64,000 nucleotides of DNA from Deferribacterales bacterium (GCA_050251945.1 JBFWLW010000007.1:1-64000), one strand, 5' to 3'; positions 20,191 through 31,267 are shown, counted from the first letter of the stretch. Program-made: numbers and translations. Notes: a model not told the origin generated them from the letters alone.

Positions 20191-20484
20191 TTACTCTATC
20201 ACTTTTGGAACGCGGAACATTCCGTTTTCCGACTGGGGAGCGTTTCTGATAGCGTCCTCATTTGAAAGGGAGGTTTCAGCCCTGTCGGGGCGTGTCACTG
20301 TATACACGTCAAGCGCGTGTGATGTTGGTTCTATGTTGTCTGTGTTCAGTTCGTTCAGCTTGTCTATGTAGCCTAAAATATTGTTCATGTCGTTTGTGAA
20401 TCTTTCTGCCTGTTCGTCGTCAAACTTGAGTCTGGCGAGGGTTGCGATGTGCAGTACATCCTGTTTTGAAACGGTTTGGGACAC
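20191..20484 (-). CDS. gatC: Asp/Glu-tRNA amidotransferase subunit C
   Basis: HIATLARL..IDKLNELNTDNIEPT..FRVPKVIE; probable GTG start after AGAGGT. Confidence 0.95.
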   Translation of the reverse strand: MSQTVSKQDVLHIATLARLKFDDEQAERFTNDMNNILGYIDKLNELNTDNIEPTSHALDVYTVTRPDRAETSLSNEDAIRNAPQSENGMFRVPKVIE

Positions 20485-20607
20485 TTTGCATACCTCTATG
20501 GTTTTAATGAGAAATGATATTATGACTTTGTTTCGCATATTTTTCAAGTTTGATTGTTAGTTTGAAATGGGTTAAATATAGTTTATTGCAGACAGGAAGG
20601 GGGAATC

Positions 20608-21552
20608 ATGAAAATTCTGGTTACGGCAAAACTGCCGTATGACGTTAAAAAACATCTGGCAGGACACGAAGTGGATTATAACGACACCGAAAACGGGCTT
20701 ACTCCTGCGGATCTGGCGGAAAGAGCGAAAGATGCCGACGCGATAATCAGTATGCTCAGCGATAAAATAACACCAGAGCTTATAGACGGCTGTCCGAAGC
20801 TTAAAGCGGTTGCAAACTATGCGGTGGGTTTCAACAACATAGACGTGGCATACGCAAAGAGCAAAGGCGTTACAGTGTGCAATACGCCTGACGTTCTGAC
20901 TCAGGCGACGGCGGAACTCGGTTTCAGCCTTATGATGGCGGCTGGAAGACGGTTGGCGGAGGCAGATAAGTTTACCCGTGACGGTCACTTTAAAGGATGG
21001 AAATCCGATATGATGCTTGGTGTGGACTTTTTCGGCAAAACAATAGGAATATTCGGGTTCGGACGCATCGGGCAGGCAGTTGCGAAGATGGCATCCGGTT
21101 TCAACATGAACATTCTTTATAACGCCCGTACGAAAAAATTTCAGCAGGAGCTTCTGACAGGTGCCGAAATGGCGGATTTCGACGAACTGGTTTCAAAGTC
21201 CGATTTTGTGGTGATAACCGCTCCCGCAACTCCCGAAACGAAACATAAATTCACCATGGAAACGTTTAAAAAGATGAAAAGCACCGCTGTTCTTGTGAAC
21301 ATCGGCAGAGGCGAGATAATAAAGGAATCAGACCTTGCGGACGCTCTGGAACAGAAGCTGATCTTTGCCGCGGGGCTTGACGTTTACGAGTTTGAACCGA
21401 AAATCGAACAGCGCCTCTTTGCGCTGGATAACGTTGTTCTTGCTCCGCACATCGGAAGCGGCACAACAGATACCAGAAACGCTATGGGCGCACTCTGCTG
21501 TGACAGCATACTCACTGTTTTCGGCGGCGGCACACCCCGCAGCGCACTTTAA
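20608..21552 (+). CDS. D-2-hydroxyacid dehydrogenase (glyoxylate/hydroxypyruvate reductase family)
   Basis: [33 protein letters not shown]. Confidence 0.92.
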   Translation: MKILVTAKLPYDVKKHLAGHEVDYNDTENGLTPADLAERAKDADAIISMLSDKITPELIDGCPKLKAVANYAVGFNNIDVAYAKSKGVTVCNTPDVLTQATAELGFSLMMAAGRRLAEADKFTRDGHFKGWKSDMMLGVDFFGKTIGIFGFGRIGQAVAKMASGFNMNILYNARTKKFQQELLTGAEMADFDELVSKSDFVVITAPATPETKHKFTMETFKKMKSTAVLVNIGRGEIIKESDLADALEQKLIFAAGLDVYEFEPKIEQRLFALDNVVLAPHIGSGTTDTRNAMGALCCDSILTVFGGGTPRSAL

Positions 21553-23168
21553 ATTTTAAATACGGAAACGGCTCTTTTAAGCTCCGTCACGACATTATTA
21601 AGCTCGTCGGCGGAGCTGTTTATTTCGTCGAGATCTTCTGTGTTCTTATGGGATATCTCGTTTATATTGCCGACTTTGCTGGTTATATCCGTGGAAGAGC
21701 TTGACTGCTGTTCGGCTGCTGCGGCTATTCTGGTTATCATATCCGATGCCACTGTGATGTGTTCAGATATCGTTTTTATGCTGGAACCTATTACAACAGC
21801 TATCTCTTTTCCCTTTTCAGATTTTTTTGTTGTCTCGGAAAAGTTCTCGACGATACCCTGCATTTCGCCCCGCAGTGTGGCGATCATGCCGTCTATCTCT
21901 TTGGTTGAGGTCTGGGTTTTTTCCGCAAGCTTACGCACTTCGTCGGCAACGACTGCGAACCCGCGCCCGTGTTCTCCTGCGCGTGCCGCCTCTATTGCGG
22001 CGTTCAGCGCCAGAAGATTGGTCTGATCTGCTATGTCGTTGATAACCCCGCTGATGGAACCTATCTCCTCTGCTGACGTTCTGAGGTTTTCTATGAACTT
22101 CTTATTCTGTTCAACGCTTTCAGCTATTTCCTCAATCTGTTCGACTGTTATGTCCACCGATTTTTTGCTTTCATTGGTGATGTTAAGGGTATCTGCTGAT
22201 TTGTGCGAAGTTTCCACGGCGTTTTCTGCTATCTGACCGATACTCATGTTCAGTTCGTTCAGCGAAACCATAAGCTGTTCCACCTCGCTCCCCTGAGAAG
22301 AGATGCCCCCTGATATGTCGTTGACGCTCATTTTCATCTTTTCGCCGGATCTTGTGATAACGTCCACCTGTGACATAATGTCTGAAAGTGCCGCACGGGT
22401 GGTGTCTATGAAAAGATTGAAATGGTTTGCTATGCGCCCGAATTCGTCGGAAGAGGCAATGTCCACCTTGGAGCGGAGGTCAAGTCCGCCGGAGGACATC
22501 TTTTCAAGTCTGTCTATTATAGTCTGCGCATTTTTGATTATTGGGTTCAGGAGCAGGATGAACACGCAGGTTGAGAACACAAAAAGTAAAGCACCGCGCC
22601 ACAGTGCGCCGATTACGGCGGAGTTCACTTCGGTTTTGAGGTCTGCAAGGGAATAGTCCACGCATATTACTGTTGCGTATCCGCCGATGTTGCCCAGCGG
22701 CAGAAAAGCGGAGCGGAACGTTCCCCACTCGTCGGTGTACTCGTCAAACTGTATTTTGCCTGTTTTCACCGCTTCCGAAAGCATGGGGCTGGGGTCTTCA
22801 TACCCGCTCATATAGTGGCTGTAGTCCCCTTTTGCGTATTCTTCCGGAGTGCCAGAATCGGATGTGAAGAAGAACCTGCCGTCTTTCTCTATTACAGAGT
22901 ACAGATACTCAACCCCTATCTCGTGTGCCGGTTTTCCAAGTGTCAGGATAAGCTGTTTATATTCTTCGTCAGTGGGCTGCTTTTGGGCTGTACGCTCGTG
23001 ATATCCTTTCAGATATGGTGAAAGCGAATAAGCGGCGGAAACGAGGGTTGCGTCTATCTTCTGATAAACGGCAGCTTTTTTGATGGATGCGGCATAAAAA
23101 ACATATATTGCAATGATAATTATGTTGACGGCTATGACCACGCTGATGAGTTTGGTTCTGATATTCAT
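21549..23168 (-). CDS. Methyl-accepting chemotaxis protein
   Basis: TM-periplasmic domain-[43 protein letters not shown]. Confidence 0.95.
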   Translation of the reverse strand: MNIRTKLISVVIAVNIIIIAIYVFYAASIKKAAVYQKIDATLVSAAYSLSPYLKGYHERTAQKQPTDEEYKQLILTLGKPAHEIGVEYLYSVIEKDGRFFFTSDSGTPEEYAKGDYSHYMSGYEDPSPMLSEAVKTGKIQFDEYTDEWGTFRSAFLPLGNIGGYATVICVDYSLADLKTEVNSAVIGALWRGALLFVFSTCVFILLLNPIIKNAQTIIDRLEKMSSGGLDLRSKVDIASSDEFGRIANHFNLFIDTTRAALSDIMSQVDVITRSGEKMKMSVNDISGGISSQGSEVEQLMVSLNELNMSIGQIAENAVETSHKSADTLNITNESKKSVDITVEQIEEIAESVEQNKKFIENLRTSAEEIGSISGVINDIADQTNLLALNAAIEAARAGEHGRGFAVVADEVRKLAEKTQTSTKEIDGMIATLRGEMQGIVENFSETTKKSEKGKEIAVVIGSSIKTISEHITVASDMITRIAAAAEQQSSSSTDITSKVGNINEISHKNTEDLDEINSSADELNNVVTELKRAVSVFKI

Positions 23169-23330
23169 GAAAGACTCCCGATCCGATAAATAATTATTTA
23201 CGAAAGTTTATCATATTTTTCATGTGATCAAAGGATAAAAATAGTGATTTTTAACATAAAGGCGGCGCACACGGGTATGTATGTCAAAAAAGGAGGTTGC
23301 ATAAAGAAAAGAGCAGGACGAACCTGCTCT

Positions 23331-23472
23331 CGGACTGATGACAAAGTCAGTAAAATGTGAGATCGCGTCGTCGCATTCACTCCTCGCGAAGACAAAAAAC
23401 CGTCTCTGCGAGGAGCATAGCGACGAAGCAGTCTCATTGGATATCATCAAAATTGAGTTTGTCAACAAACTG
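23331..23472 (+). mobile_element. MITE-like element copy B, flanked by 21-bp terminator duplication
   Basis: CGGACTGATGACAAA..TTTGTCAACAAACTG; AGAGCAGGACGAACCTGCTCT at 23310-30 and 23473-93. Confidence 0.88.
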
Positions 23473-23506
23473 AGAGCAGGACGAACCTGCTCTTTTATAT
23501 TAAGTA

Positions 23507-24571
23507 TCAGTCAAGCGCGGGCTTAAGCGTTGCGTTTGTGGGAGCTGGGAGTATCGGGTAGACAACTTTGGGTTGTACGCCTGTCGCAGACTTAAGGAAC
23601 GCTTCAACTTTGCTTATATCTTCCTTAGACATTTTTGAGCCAAGCTGAGAAACGTTCATAACCTCGATAGCTTCCATAAGGCTGTAAACAGCACCGGAGT
23701 GGAAGTAGGGAGCGGTCAGGTCGATGTTTCTCAGAGAGGGTGATTTAAAGGAGAATTCGTCTGCCTGTGCGTTTGTCACGGCAAATCTTCCTTTATCACC
23801 TTTCATGATGTTTTCTGCGGGTTTTGCAACCACACCCATAGTGTAGTAGTCGTCGCCGCCCATGTTAACGCCGGAGTGGCAGCCGGAACATCCGTTATCC
23901 ATGAAAAGCTTAAGACCTTCTTTCTCTGTTTTGGAAAGTGCTTTTGCATCGCCTTTCAGGTATTTGTCGAATTTTGAGTCGGGAGTGATAAGCGTTGCTT
24001 CAAAAACTTCTATGGCTTTTGCCATGTTGTCGAAAGTTACAGGGTCCTTTTCGCCGGGGAAAGATTTTTTGAACAGAGCAACGTATTCGGGCATACTGTT
24101 AAGGGTTGTGACAACGTTGGCGGGAGTGTTGTTCATTTCAACACCTGCCTGAACGGGACCTTTTGCCTGTTCAGCAAGGTCTTTCGCGCGTCCATCCCAG
24201 AACTGGGCAACGTTGAATACAGAGTTAAGCACTGTGGGAGCGTTTCTGGGTCCCTGTTTCCATCCGTGTCCTGTTGATGTGGGCTGGTAGTCCACGCCTC
24301 CCATACCAACGTTGTGGCAGGAGTTACAGCTTATGAAACCGCTTTTGGAAAGTCTGGGGTCAAAGAAAAGCATTTTACCGAGTTCGACTTTTTCCGTTGT
24401 TGCTGCGTTGCCTTTGATGGCAGGGGCTTTGGCGGGTACCGGTTTGAATGTTGCCTGTGCCTCTTTCATAAGTGCATCCGCTGCGTGCGCTGTTGAGAAT
24501 GTCAGAACGAGCGCGATAAATGAAGCGAGAGTGAGTAAATCAGCCCATTTACTCATAGAAATAACTTTCAT
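23507..24571 (-). CDS. Bacterial di-heme cytochrome c peroxidase
   Basis: LGKMLFFDPRLS, CNSCH, RNAPTVLNS..QFWDGRA, CSGCH, FKSPSLRN..APYFHSG. Confidence 0.95.
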   Translation of the reverse strand: MKVISMSKWADLLTLASFIALVLTFSTAHAADALMKEAQATFKPVPAKAPAIKGNAATTEKVELGKMLFFDPRLSKSGFISCNSCHNVGMGGVDYQPTSTGHGWKQGPRNAPTVLNSVFNVAQFWDGRAKDLAEQAKGPVQAGVEMNNTPANVVTTLNSMPEYVALFKKSFPGEKDPVTFDNMAKAIEVFEATLITPDSKFDKYLKGDAKALSKTEKEGLKLFMDNGCSGCHSGVNMGGDDYYTMGVVAKPAENIMKGDKGRFAVTNAQADEFSFKSPSLRNIDLTAPYFHSGAVYSLMEAIEVMNVSQLGSKMSKEDISKVEAFLKSATGVQPKVVYPILPAPTNATLKPALD

Positions 24572-24600
24572 GTTCCACCTCTTAGATTAGTTGATTTGCT

Positions 24601-24668
24601 GATAAATATTATCGTTAAGTAAGTTTTCCACTTTAATTGATGTTTGTCAAGACGAATATTATTATCAA
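24601..24668 (-). promoter_or_regulatory. Peroxidase promoter region with Fur/PerR-like and FNR-like boxes
   Basis: GATAAATATTATC 24601-13; TTGAT-N4-GTCAA 24637-50 (TTGACA on minus strand); AATATTATTATCAA 24655-68. Confidence 0.45.
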
Positions 24669-24845
24669 TAAATATAGTTTCTAATTATCTGAATTTAAAT
24701 CTTTGATGCGGTTTTACAAAAAGGTGACATCTAAATGTGAAAAAAAATTTGCGGAAATGCTTGATGAGAAAGGATATACAATTTGATATGTTCTTAATTG
24801 ACGACCCGACGTATCCATGATGAAAAAGCGGTGCCGAAGCACCGC

Positions 24846-25014
24846 CCTTATTGTTGACAAAGTCAGTAAAATGCGGGATCGCGTCGTCGCATGCGCTCCT
24901 CGCGAAGACAAAAAAACGTCTCTGCGAGGAGCTTAGCAACGAAGCAGAGACTGTTTTTATTTCCGTCTTTGCGAGCGGAGCGAAGCAATCTAGTCTTTAT
25001 AAGACTTTAGTTTG
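24846..25014 (+). mobile_element. MITE-like element copy C (right end degenerate), 19-bp hairpin duplication
   Basis: TTGTTGACAAAGTCAGTAAAATG left end; AGMGGTGCCGAAGCACCGC at 24827-45 and 25015-33. Confidence 0.8.
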
Positions 25015-25047
25015 AGAGGTGCCGAAGCACCGCTCTGTCATTTTTGA

Positions 25048-25869
25048 TTAGATAAAAGCCTCTATAAGCTTGGAGACGTCTTTCATCTCCACGGTGCGGC
25101 TTATTTCCGGATGCCGTGCCTCATAAGGCGCGCGTTCATACTTGGAAAAAACGCCTATGGACAGCTTTTCCTGATCTGCCGCCAGCTTTATTGCTTCGTC
25201 GTGTGAGGGCATTTTGTCCATCTTCACAACACGCTCGTCGTAATATTCATATTTGTACTGACCGCCGAAAGTTACACAGGGCTGAAACACGTCGATAAGT
25301 GCGAAACCCTGGTGGTTGAGACCCTGCATGATGAGGTCTGTAAGGTGTTCTGATTCGCCGGTGTAACCCCTTGCAACAAAAGTTGCTCCCGTCGCCATTG
25401 CGAGTATAAGCGGATTGATGGTTGCGTCAACAACGCCGAAGGGGGTGGATTTTGTTATCGTGCCTTCGGGGGATGTGGGCGCCGCCTGTCCGGTGGTCAG
25501 ACCGTATACCTTGTTGTGGTGGACTATATAGGTAACGTTGATGTTTCTTCTGATGGCGTGGATGAGGTGTCCTACACCCATTCCGTATCCGTCGCCGTCG
25601 CCGCCGTTAACAAGAACAGTCATGTCGGGGTTCGCAAGCTTAATACCTGTGGCTATTGGCATTGTTCTGCCGTGGAGCGTTTGCAGGGCATAACTGCGGA
25701 CGTAGTTCACCATTTTTCCAGAACAGCCGATGCCGGAGACCAGCGCCAGCTTGTGGGGCTCTATCTCAAGGTTGGAGAGTGCTTTCTTTATGCTGTTCCA
25801 GATTGCGAAGTTGCCGCATCCGGGACACCAGTTCGGTACTTTTCCGGTATTGTATTCAACAGGTTTCAT
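25048..25869 (-). CDS. 2-oxoacid:ferredoxin oxidoreductase beta subunit
   Basis: WCPGCGN, SGIGCS, HGRT, GGDGD..YGLTTGQ, QPCVTF. Confidence 0.95.
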   Translation of the reverse strand: MKPVEYNTGKVPNWCPGCGNFAIWNSIKKALSNLEIEPHKLALVSGIGCSGKMVNYVRSYALQTLHGRTMPIATGIKLANPDMTVLVNGGDGDGYGMGVGHLIHAIRRNINVTYIVHHNKVYGLTTGQAAPTSPEGTITKSTPFGVVDATINPLILAMATGATFVARGYTGESEHLTDLIMQGLNHQGFALIDVFQPCVTFGGQYKYEYYDERVVKMDKMPSHDEAIKLAADQEKLSIGVFSKYERAPYEARHPEISRTVEMKDVSKLIEAFI

Positions 25870-27560
25870 TTAAGCGCCTCCCCGATGTATTGAACCACTT
25901 CCTCTGTGAAGAAGGGGCGGCCGTCGTATTTCAGACAGGTCTTTTGAATGTATATGCCTGTGTTCTCCGCGATAAGTGCGCGAAGCTGAGCGGTCTTGTT
26001 GTTCTCGAATGCCACAAGATTTTTGCCTTTAAGCAGTTCTGATATCCTGTCCCATTGCAGGGGATGAACTGCGGGGAAGTATATGAAGTTGAATCTGTCG
26101 TCGTATTTCATAGCTTCAAGAAGCACCTGCTTCATGGAACCGAAGCAGACGAAGGTCAGCGGTGCGTTCTCTTTGCCTATAAGGTACGGCTGGGGCATTT
26201 CTGCCGCCACGAAAGGTTCTTTTCTGAAACGTCTGTCGGTTTGATATATCCGGTTTTCAGACGAGTCGATAACGAATCCGGTTTTGTCGTGTTCGTTACT
26301 TCCGGCGACGAAAAGACCGCCGGGTGTGCCGGGGATGCTTCGTGTGGGTACGCCGTTCTCCGTTTCCTCATAGCGTTTGAAATGTTCGTACGGTTTATCA
26401 GGGTCGCCTTTGAAGATAAGCCCTCTGTCAATGGTACCGTAATCGGTGCTCATGTCACCCGCCATGAAGTGTGATTCGGACAGGAATTTGTCCAGAAGCA
26501 CTATTACGGGTATCTGGTATTTATCCGCAAGGTTGAAAGCGTCGATAGTGAATTTGTATGCTTCTTCAAGGTCGGCAGGGGAGTAGACGGCTCTCAGGAA
26601 CTCTCCCTGTGATGCGTGCAGAGCGTATTGAAGGTCTGCCTGCTCTGTCCATGTGGGCATTCCTGTCGCGGGTCCCGGACGTTGCGAAAGTGCAACTACA
26701 ATAGGGATCTCCGTTATAGCCGCAAGACCGAATCCCTCGTTCATAAGTGCGAAACCGCCGCCAGACGTACCCGTCATGGCTCTCGCACCCGCGTGGGATG
26801 CGCCAATTGCCATAAGGATTCCTGCTATCTCGTCTTCCGCGTGTTTCACTGTGACATGATAATCGCGCGCCTCTTTCGCAAGATAGTGCAGGATCGACGA
26901 TGCGGGTGTCATGGGATATGTGCTGAAGAACGTAACGCCTGCGCGTATTGCACCTATGGCGACAGCTTCGTTGCCTGTCATCACGGGAGCCTTTTTGCAG
27001 GACTGGTTTTTTGTCGGCTCAAGCTTTATCATGGGCTGACAATATTTAAAGCCTGCTTCTGCCGCGTCCACGTTTGGTTTTGATATTTTGCCCGGATAGC
27101 TTGCGGCAACCACTTCGGTCATTACCTCTTTGGGCAGACCAAGTGCAGCAACGGAAGCGCCAAGGGCCGCCGTGTTGCGCATGATATCCTTTCCGTTGAG
27201 GTCTTCAACTATTTTTTTCAGCGGCACGTTGACCTTAACGCCTTTGATGCCGTCTGCTTTTTTAAGGTGATCAAAATCGCCGATGACGATGGTGTCGTCA
27301 TCGAACGTCTCTTTTTCAAAGCACACATCGTCGAGTGCGATATACAGGTCGATGCGTTTTTTCGGCGCAGTAACGGGTGTTTTGCCGAAAACCATCTGAT
27401 AGCTGTTGTAACCGCCGCGGATAAGCGAGGGATATTCAAGATATCCGTGAATGAAATATCCGCAGTCTTTAAGAATTTTTGCGAATACGGGACCGAGGGT
27501 CGTTATACCGAAACCGGCAGGTCCGCCCACTTTCCAGACGAAAGTTTTTTCCATGTTCAT
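25866..27560 (-). CDS. 2-oxoacid:ferredoxin oxidoreductase alpha subunit (gamma-alpha fusion)
   Basis: YPSLIRGG, TGNEA, YPMTPAS, AEDEIA, TSGGGFALM, QRPGPATGMPT. Confidence 0.95.
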   Translation of the reverse strand: MNMEKTFVWKVGGPAGFGITTLGPVFAKILKDCGYFIHGYLEYPSLIRGGYNSYQMVFGKTPVTAPKKRIDLYIALDDVCFEKETFDDDTIVIGDFDHLKKADGIKGVKVNVPLKKIVEDLNGKDIMRNTAALGASVAALGLPKEVMTEVVAASYPGKISKPNVDAAEAGFKYCQPMIKLEPTKNQSCKKAPVMTGNEAVAIGAIRAGVTFFSTYPMTPASSILHYLAKEARDYHVTVKHAEDEIAGILMAIGASHAGARAMTGTSGGGFALMNEGFGLAAITEIPIVVALSQRPGPATGMPTWTEQADLQYALHASQGEFLRAVYSPADLEEAYKFTIDAFNLADKYQIPVIVLLDKFLSESHFMAGDMSTDYGTIDRGLIFKGDPDKPYEHFKRYEETENGVPTRSIPGTPGGLFVAGSNEHDKTGFVIDSSENRIYQTDRRFRKEPFVAAEMPQPYLIGKENAPLTFVCFGSMKQVLLEAMKYDDRFNFIYFPAVHPLQWDRISELLKGKNLVAFENNKTAQLRALIAENTGIYIQKTCLKYDGRPFFTEEVVQYIGEALK

Positions 27561-28123
27561 TCCTCTGAACGGTACAGGTCGCCGTCGCCGAATACCAGCG
27601 CTTCAAACCTGAATATCGTTGTGTCTTTGTCTTTATAGGCATCCTGTGGCAGCCCCGCCTTAACGCAGGTCTGCTCCAGAAATGTTTCTCTGTCCCAATA
27701 GTGTTCCTTTGCCACCTGTGGCAGAAGAACGCCCCTGTTGTAACCTTTGATGATGTAAATACCGTCTCTGCCTACCTTTATTTCCTCGGCGGCGGCGGGT
27801 ATCATGGGTGAGAGGACGGATATCTCCAGTTCGCACATGGCGAATTCGTCCTTTGAAACGGGACCGAAGCGGGGGTCGGCAAACGCCGCCTGACGAGCCA
27901 TATCCTTTACGTTTTCCACAATGCCGATGTCGTCGCGGAAGTTGCCGATGCATCCGCGCAGGCGCTTGCGAAGGTGGATTGTAACGAAGCATCCGCTCCT
28001 AAAGTCGAGATCCTCCGGTGTTTCTCCGCAGTCTGCGGCAGAACCGTAAAGTTTGTCCTTGATGCTGTTTCTGGCGGTTTTCAGCAAAAACAGCTTTCCT
28101 TCCCTGCTTATTTTAAAACCCAT
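27557..28123 (-). CDS. amrA: AMMECR1-domain protein (AmmeMemoRadiSam protein A)
   Basis: GCFVT..LRGCIG, AAFADPRF, EISVLS, GVLLPQVA, CVKAGL. Confidence 0.92.
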   Translation of the reverse strand: MGFKISREGKLFLLKTARNSIKDKLYGSAADCGETPEDLDFRSGCFVTIHLRKRLRGCIGNFRDDIGIVENVKDMARQAAFADPRFGPVSKDEFAMCELEISVLSPMIPAAAEEIKVGRDGIYIIKGYNRGVLLPQVAKEHYWDRETFLEQTCVKAGLPQDAYKDKDTTIFRFEALVFGDGDLYRSEE

Positions 28124-28198
28124 GTTTCACCAAATAAAATAATGTTACCTAATTAAAACGGCTCGGAAAAGATTTGTCAACTGCAACAAACAATATTC

Positions 28199-28963
28199 TT
28201 ACGAGAACATCACAGAACGCATGGATACGCTGGAATTCTGGAAGATTTCGCACGGAAAGCTTACCGTGTCGGTTTTGTCTTTCAGCCCGCACGACATTAC
28301 GAAAGGAATATAATGATCTCTTGTGGGAATTGAGAATTTTGCACATTCGCCAAGTTTCATCGGGTCGCATATTCTTGCCATGCTGGATGACATCAACGCG
28401 CCTTTTATGGCTGTGTCAAACTCCACGCCGCGATAGTTGGCTTCTGCGTTCTCATTATAAAAGTCTGCGTTGCGCAGGTTGTGGACTATATTTCCGCTGC
28501 CGATGAACAGAACTCCGCTCTCGCGCAGTGGCTTAAGCTTTGCCGCCGCATCGAAAAGCGTCTGGTAATCGGCTGTCATGTCGGAACTTATGTAAAACAC
28601 GGGGATATCCGCTTCCGGATACATATGCAGAAGAACGCTCCATGCCGCGTGGTCATTTCCCCACGAGCTGTCGCACTTGCCTCCGGAAAGTTCCGCCGCT
28701 TTTTTTGCGTATGCCGGAGCGCCCGCAGGGTTGTACGTCACCCTGTAAAGTTCGTCGGGAAATCCGAAGAAATCGTATATCTGTTTCGCCCTGTCTCCGC
28801 AGTGCACTTTTATACCCTGCGTCTGCCAGTGGGCGGAAAAAATACATATTGCCTTCGGTTTTTGTATCGTCTGTCCGAGCGTTTCAAGGCTCATAGTATA
28901 TTTATTTTTTTGTATTATGTTCATTGGCGATCCGTGACCTATGAACAGAACCGGAGTTTTCAT
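28199..28963 (-). CDS. Class III extradiol dioxygenase (DODA/YgiD, LigB fold)
   Basis: FIGHGSPMN, SAHW, IYDFFGFP, DH, GSGNIVHNL, PTRDHYIP. Confidence 0.9.
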   Translation of the reverse strand: MKTPVLFIGHGSPMNIIQKNKYTMSLETLGQTIQKPKAICIFSAHWQTQGIKVHCGDRAKQIYDFFGFPDELYRVTYNPAGAPAYAKKAAELSGGKCDSSWGNDHAAWSVLLHMYPEADIPVFYISSDMTADYQTLFDAAAKLKPLRESGVLFIGSGNIVHNLRNADFYNENAEANYRGVEFDTAIKGALMSSSMARICDPMKLGECAKFSIPTRDHYIPFVMSCGLKDKTDTVSFPCEIFQNSSVSMRSVMFS

Positions 28964-29637
28964 TTTTTAAGCACCGCCACCAGAATAAAATCGTCTGACA
29001 TTTCAAAACCTGCACCCTTAAAATCGCCCATATATTCTATATGTCTGAATCCGGCAGCCATTGCCGCATCCAGAAGTTCTCTGGGACTCAGAGGGTATAA
29101 CGTCACGGTGGAGGTTTTGGACTGTCTGCCGCCTTTCAGCACACCTTTGAACGAGATGTGGTTCTTTATGTATTCATAATTCCTTTTGAAAACATAATGT
29201 TCAGTGCGTATTTCAGGAAGTGACAACGGTTTTACAGTCAGTATCCTGTGATAGTTCAGAATCTGCACTACCGCGGTTCCTTCCGGTTTCAGCACATCGT
29301 GGAATCCGCGGATGATATTTTCCGCATGGGTGTAATTGCGGCAGTGTGCAAGTGTATTGCCCATGCAGGAGACAACATCGAAAACAGGTGAATACGGCAG
29401 ATCGGTCATATCGCCCACGGCAGTGTTCTCTCTGTAATGTACCAGTTCAGGTACATATTCAAGACCGTAGGCATGATAGCCGCTTCTGGCGTACCTTTTG
29501 ATGTACTGCCCTGTTGCGCTGCCAACGTCGAGAATATATCCTTTCGGCGGCGCAAAACTTTTCACCAGCGCGGCAGCATCTGCGGAATACGGGAATATCT
29601 CGTCATAGCCTTCTGACAGCATCCTGTAAAAATCCAT
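28960..29637 (-). CDS. Class I SAM-dependent methyltransferase
   Basis: ILDVGSATG, GDM, FDVVSCMGNTLAH, LKPEG. Confidence 0.88.
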   Translation of the reverse strand: MDFYRMLSEGYDEIFPYSADAAALVKSFAPPKGYILDVGSATGQYIKRYARSGYHAYGLEYVPELVHYRENTAVGDMTDLPYSPVFDVVSCMGNTLAHCRNYTHAENIIRGFHDVLKPEGTAVVQILNYHRILTVKPLSLPEIRTEHYVFKRNYEYIKNHISFKGVLKGGRQSKTSTVTLYPLSPRELLDAAMAAGFRHIEYMGDFKGAGFEMSDDFILVAVLKK

Positions 29638-29663
29638 TAATCAAACCCTCTGAAAATAGTTTG

Positions 29664-29757
29664 GACTTCCGACAAAAAATGAATGAGACTGCTTCGGGCT
29701 TAAGCCCTCGCAGAGACGAATTAGTCTTCGCGAGGAGCGGCAGCGACGCGGCGATCT
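29664..29757 (-). repeat. Degenerate MITE / paired palindromic units
   Basis: GAGACTGCTTCG..CTCGCAGAGACG..GTCTTCGCGAGGAG..GCGATCT, the reverse complement of the copy A-C core. Confidence 0.75.
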
Positions 29758-29854
29758 GATATTGTAAATTTTGCCGTACAGTGAAAATCGTCTATACAGA
29801 AGTTATGGCACTATTTTTCATCAGTTTCAATTGAGATGTGTCAGTTTTTTAATT

Positions 29855-31267
29855 TTAGATGTCAATCATCGCAGAAAAGTTAATATCTACTGCAAAAACT
29901 CCCTTTATATTACCTTCGTCCGATTTGACAGGCACAGCAACCGTGAAACAGAAACTGCCGGATGCCACGGAGCGGTAAATATCACTTATGTAAGTTTCAC
30001 CTGAGCGTGCAGGGATTCTGTACCAGTCGCGGTTCGACCAGTCGGAGCCGACAGACGAGCGGTCGTTATCTTTTTTTACCGATTTGTTCCATACGTTCGG
30101 CGAAACCTGCCTGCCTCGGCTGTCTGTTACATATGCCAGTTCGATGAAGCCGTTGCGGGAGATGAAACCGTTCAGAAACGATTCGATCGACGCAGTATCC
30201 ATGTTTTTAAGCTCTCTGGAAGCCGCGGCTGATTCTGCTGTCTGCGCCGATTTTTCATGAGCTTTCAGGCGGAATTTACCGACTCCCATGAGGAGTTCGT
30301 CACAGCCTGAGTTTATGGTGTCAACTATCTGTTCCAACTGTCCCGCAAGGTCGGACTGTTCGTCCGCCTGAACGGCGATGTGTTCGATAGAGTTCGCAAC
30401 ACTGTGCATAGTCTCTTCCTGTTCCTTGCCTGAAAGTGCAATGGCTTTCAGTCTGTCGTCGAGCTGTTCAATGCTGAGTGTAACGCTTTCGAGCAGAACA
30501 ACCGCCTCGCTGCTTATATCCGCACTGACGTCAACTGATTTCATAACTTCGCCGACCGATCTGCTTGATGTCGTTATGCTTGATTTGATGCTGTTCAGTA
30601 TGCTTTCCACGCCGTTAGTGGCTTCCATCGACTGTTCGGCAAGCTTCCGGACTTCCGTTGCGACCACAGCGAAACCTCTTCCCATTTCTCCGGCTCTTGC
30701 CGCTTCGATTGAAGCGTTCAGCGAGAGCAGGTTGGTCTGATCTGCTATCTTTTTGATCATCTCCATGATGGAGCTGATGCTTTTTGAATACTCCTCCATG
30801 GAGTGCATCTGAGTCTGAAGTTCGTCCACCTTCTTTTTCACTTCCTGCATTGTGTCAGATGAGTATTTGCTCTTCTGCATCGCCGCATCCGCGGATTTTA
30901 TAATGGTGGATGAAAACTCAGTTGCCTCGACTGTACTGTTGGTGACGCTCTCCACCGTTGCCGAAAGCTCTCGGGATGCCGCCGCTATCTGCATCACCTG
31001 TTCCGCCTGTGCAAAGGAACCGTTTTTTAGCGTTTTTGCAGCAGTGTCGAGCACCGGAGCGGTCTTTGAAAGCTTCACGGAAGCCGATGAGATGTTGAAA
31101 ACGGACGACTGTATTTTGTCGAAAAGTTTGTTCAGCAGTTCGCCCGCACGGGAGCATTGCCCGTTTTTGGATTCCTCAAATCTTATGTTCAGGTCGAGAT
31201 TGCCTGAGATCATTTTCTCAAGCGATGATAATAATTTGTTAAAATGACGTGTTGACGTTCCCCACAT
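29855..31267 (-). CDS. Soluble MCP with C-terminal PDC/Cache-like sensor domain
   Basis: No TM helix; [27 protein letters not shown]-terminal [22 protein letters not shown]; start ATG 31267 after GAGGAGG. Confidence 0.88.
   Translation of the reverse strand: MWGTSTRHFNKLLSSLEKMISGNLDLNIRFEESKNGQCSRAGELLNKLFDKIQSSVFNISSASVKLSKTAPVLDTAAKTLKNGSFAQAEQVMQIAAASRELSATVESVTNSTVEATEFSSTIIKSADAAMQKSKYSSDTMQEVKKKVDELQTQMHSMEEYSKSISSIMEMIKKIADQTNLLSLNASIEAARAGEMGRGFAVVATEVRKLAEQSMEATNGVESILNSIKSSITTSSRSVGEVMKSVDVSADISSEAVVLLESVTLSIEQLDDRLKAIALSGKEQEETMHSVANSIEHIAVQADEQSDLAGQLEQIVDTINSGCDELLMGVGKFRLKAHEKSAQTAESAAASRELKNMDTASIESFLNGFISRNGFIELAYVTDSRGRQVSPNVWNKSVKKDNDRSSVGSDWSNRDWYRIPARSGETYISDIYRSVASGSFCFTVAVPVKSDEGNIKGVFAVDINFSAMIDI

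Noticed and set aside
24705..24790. 26-codon ORF MRFYKKVTSKCEKK..
   Set aside because: No RBS or supporting motif
16550..25033. Repeat-spacer-repeat patterns as mini CRISPR arrays
   Set aside because: Only two repeats per locus, repeats differ between loci while the inner sequences are shared, and no cas genes are present
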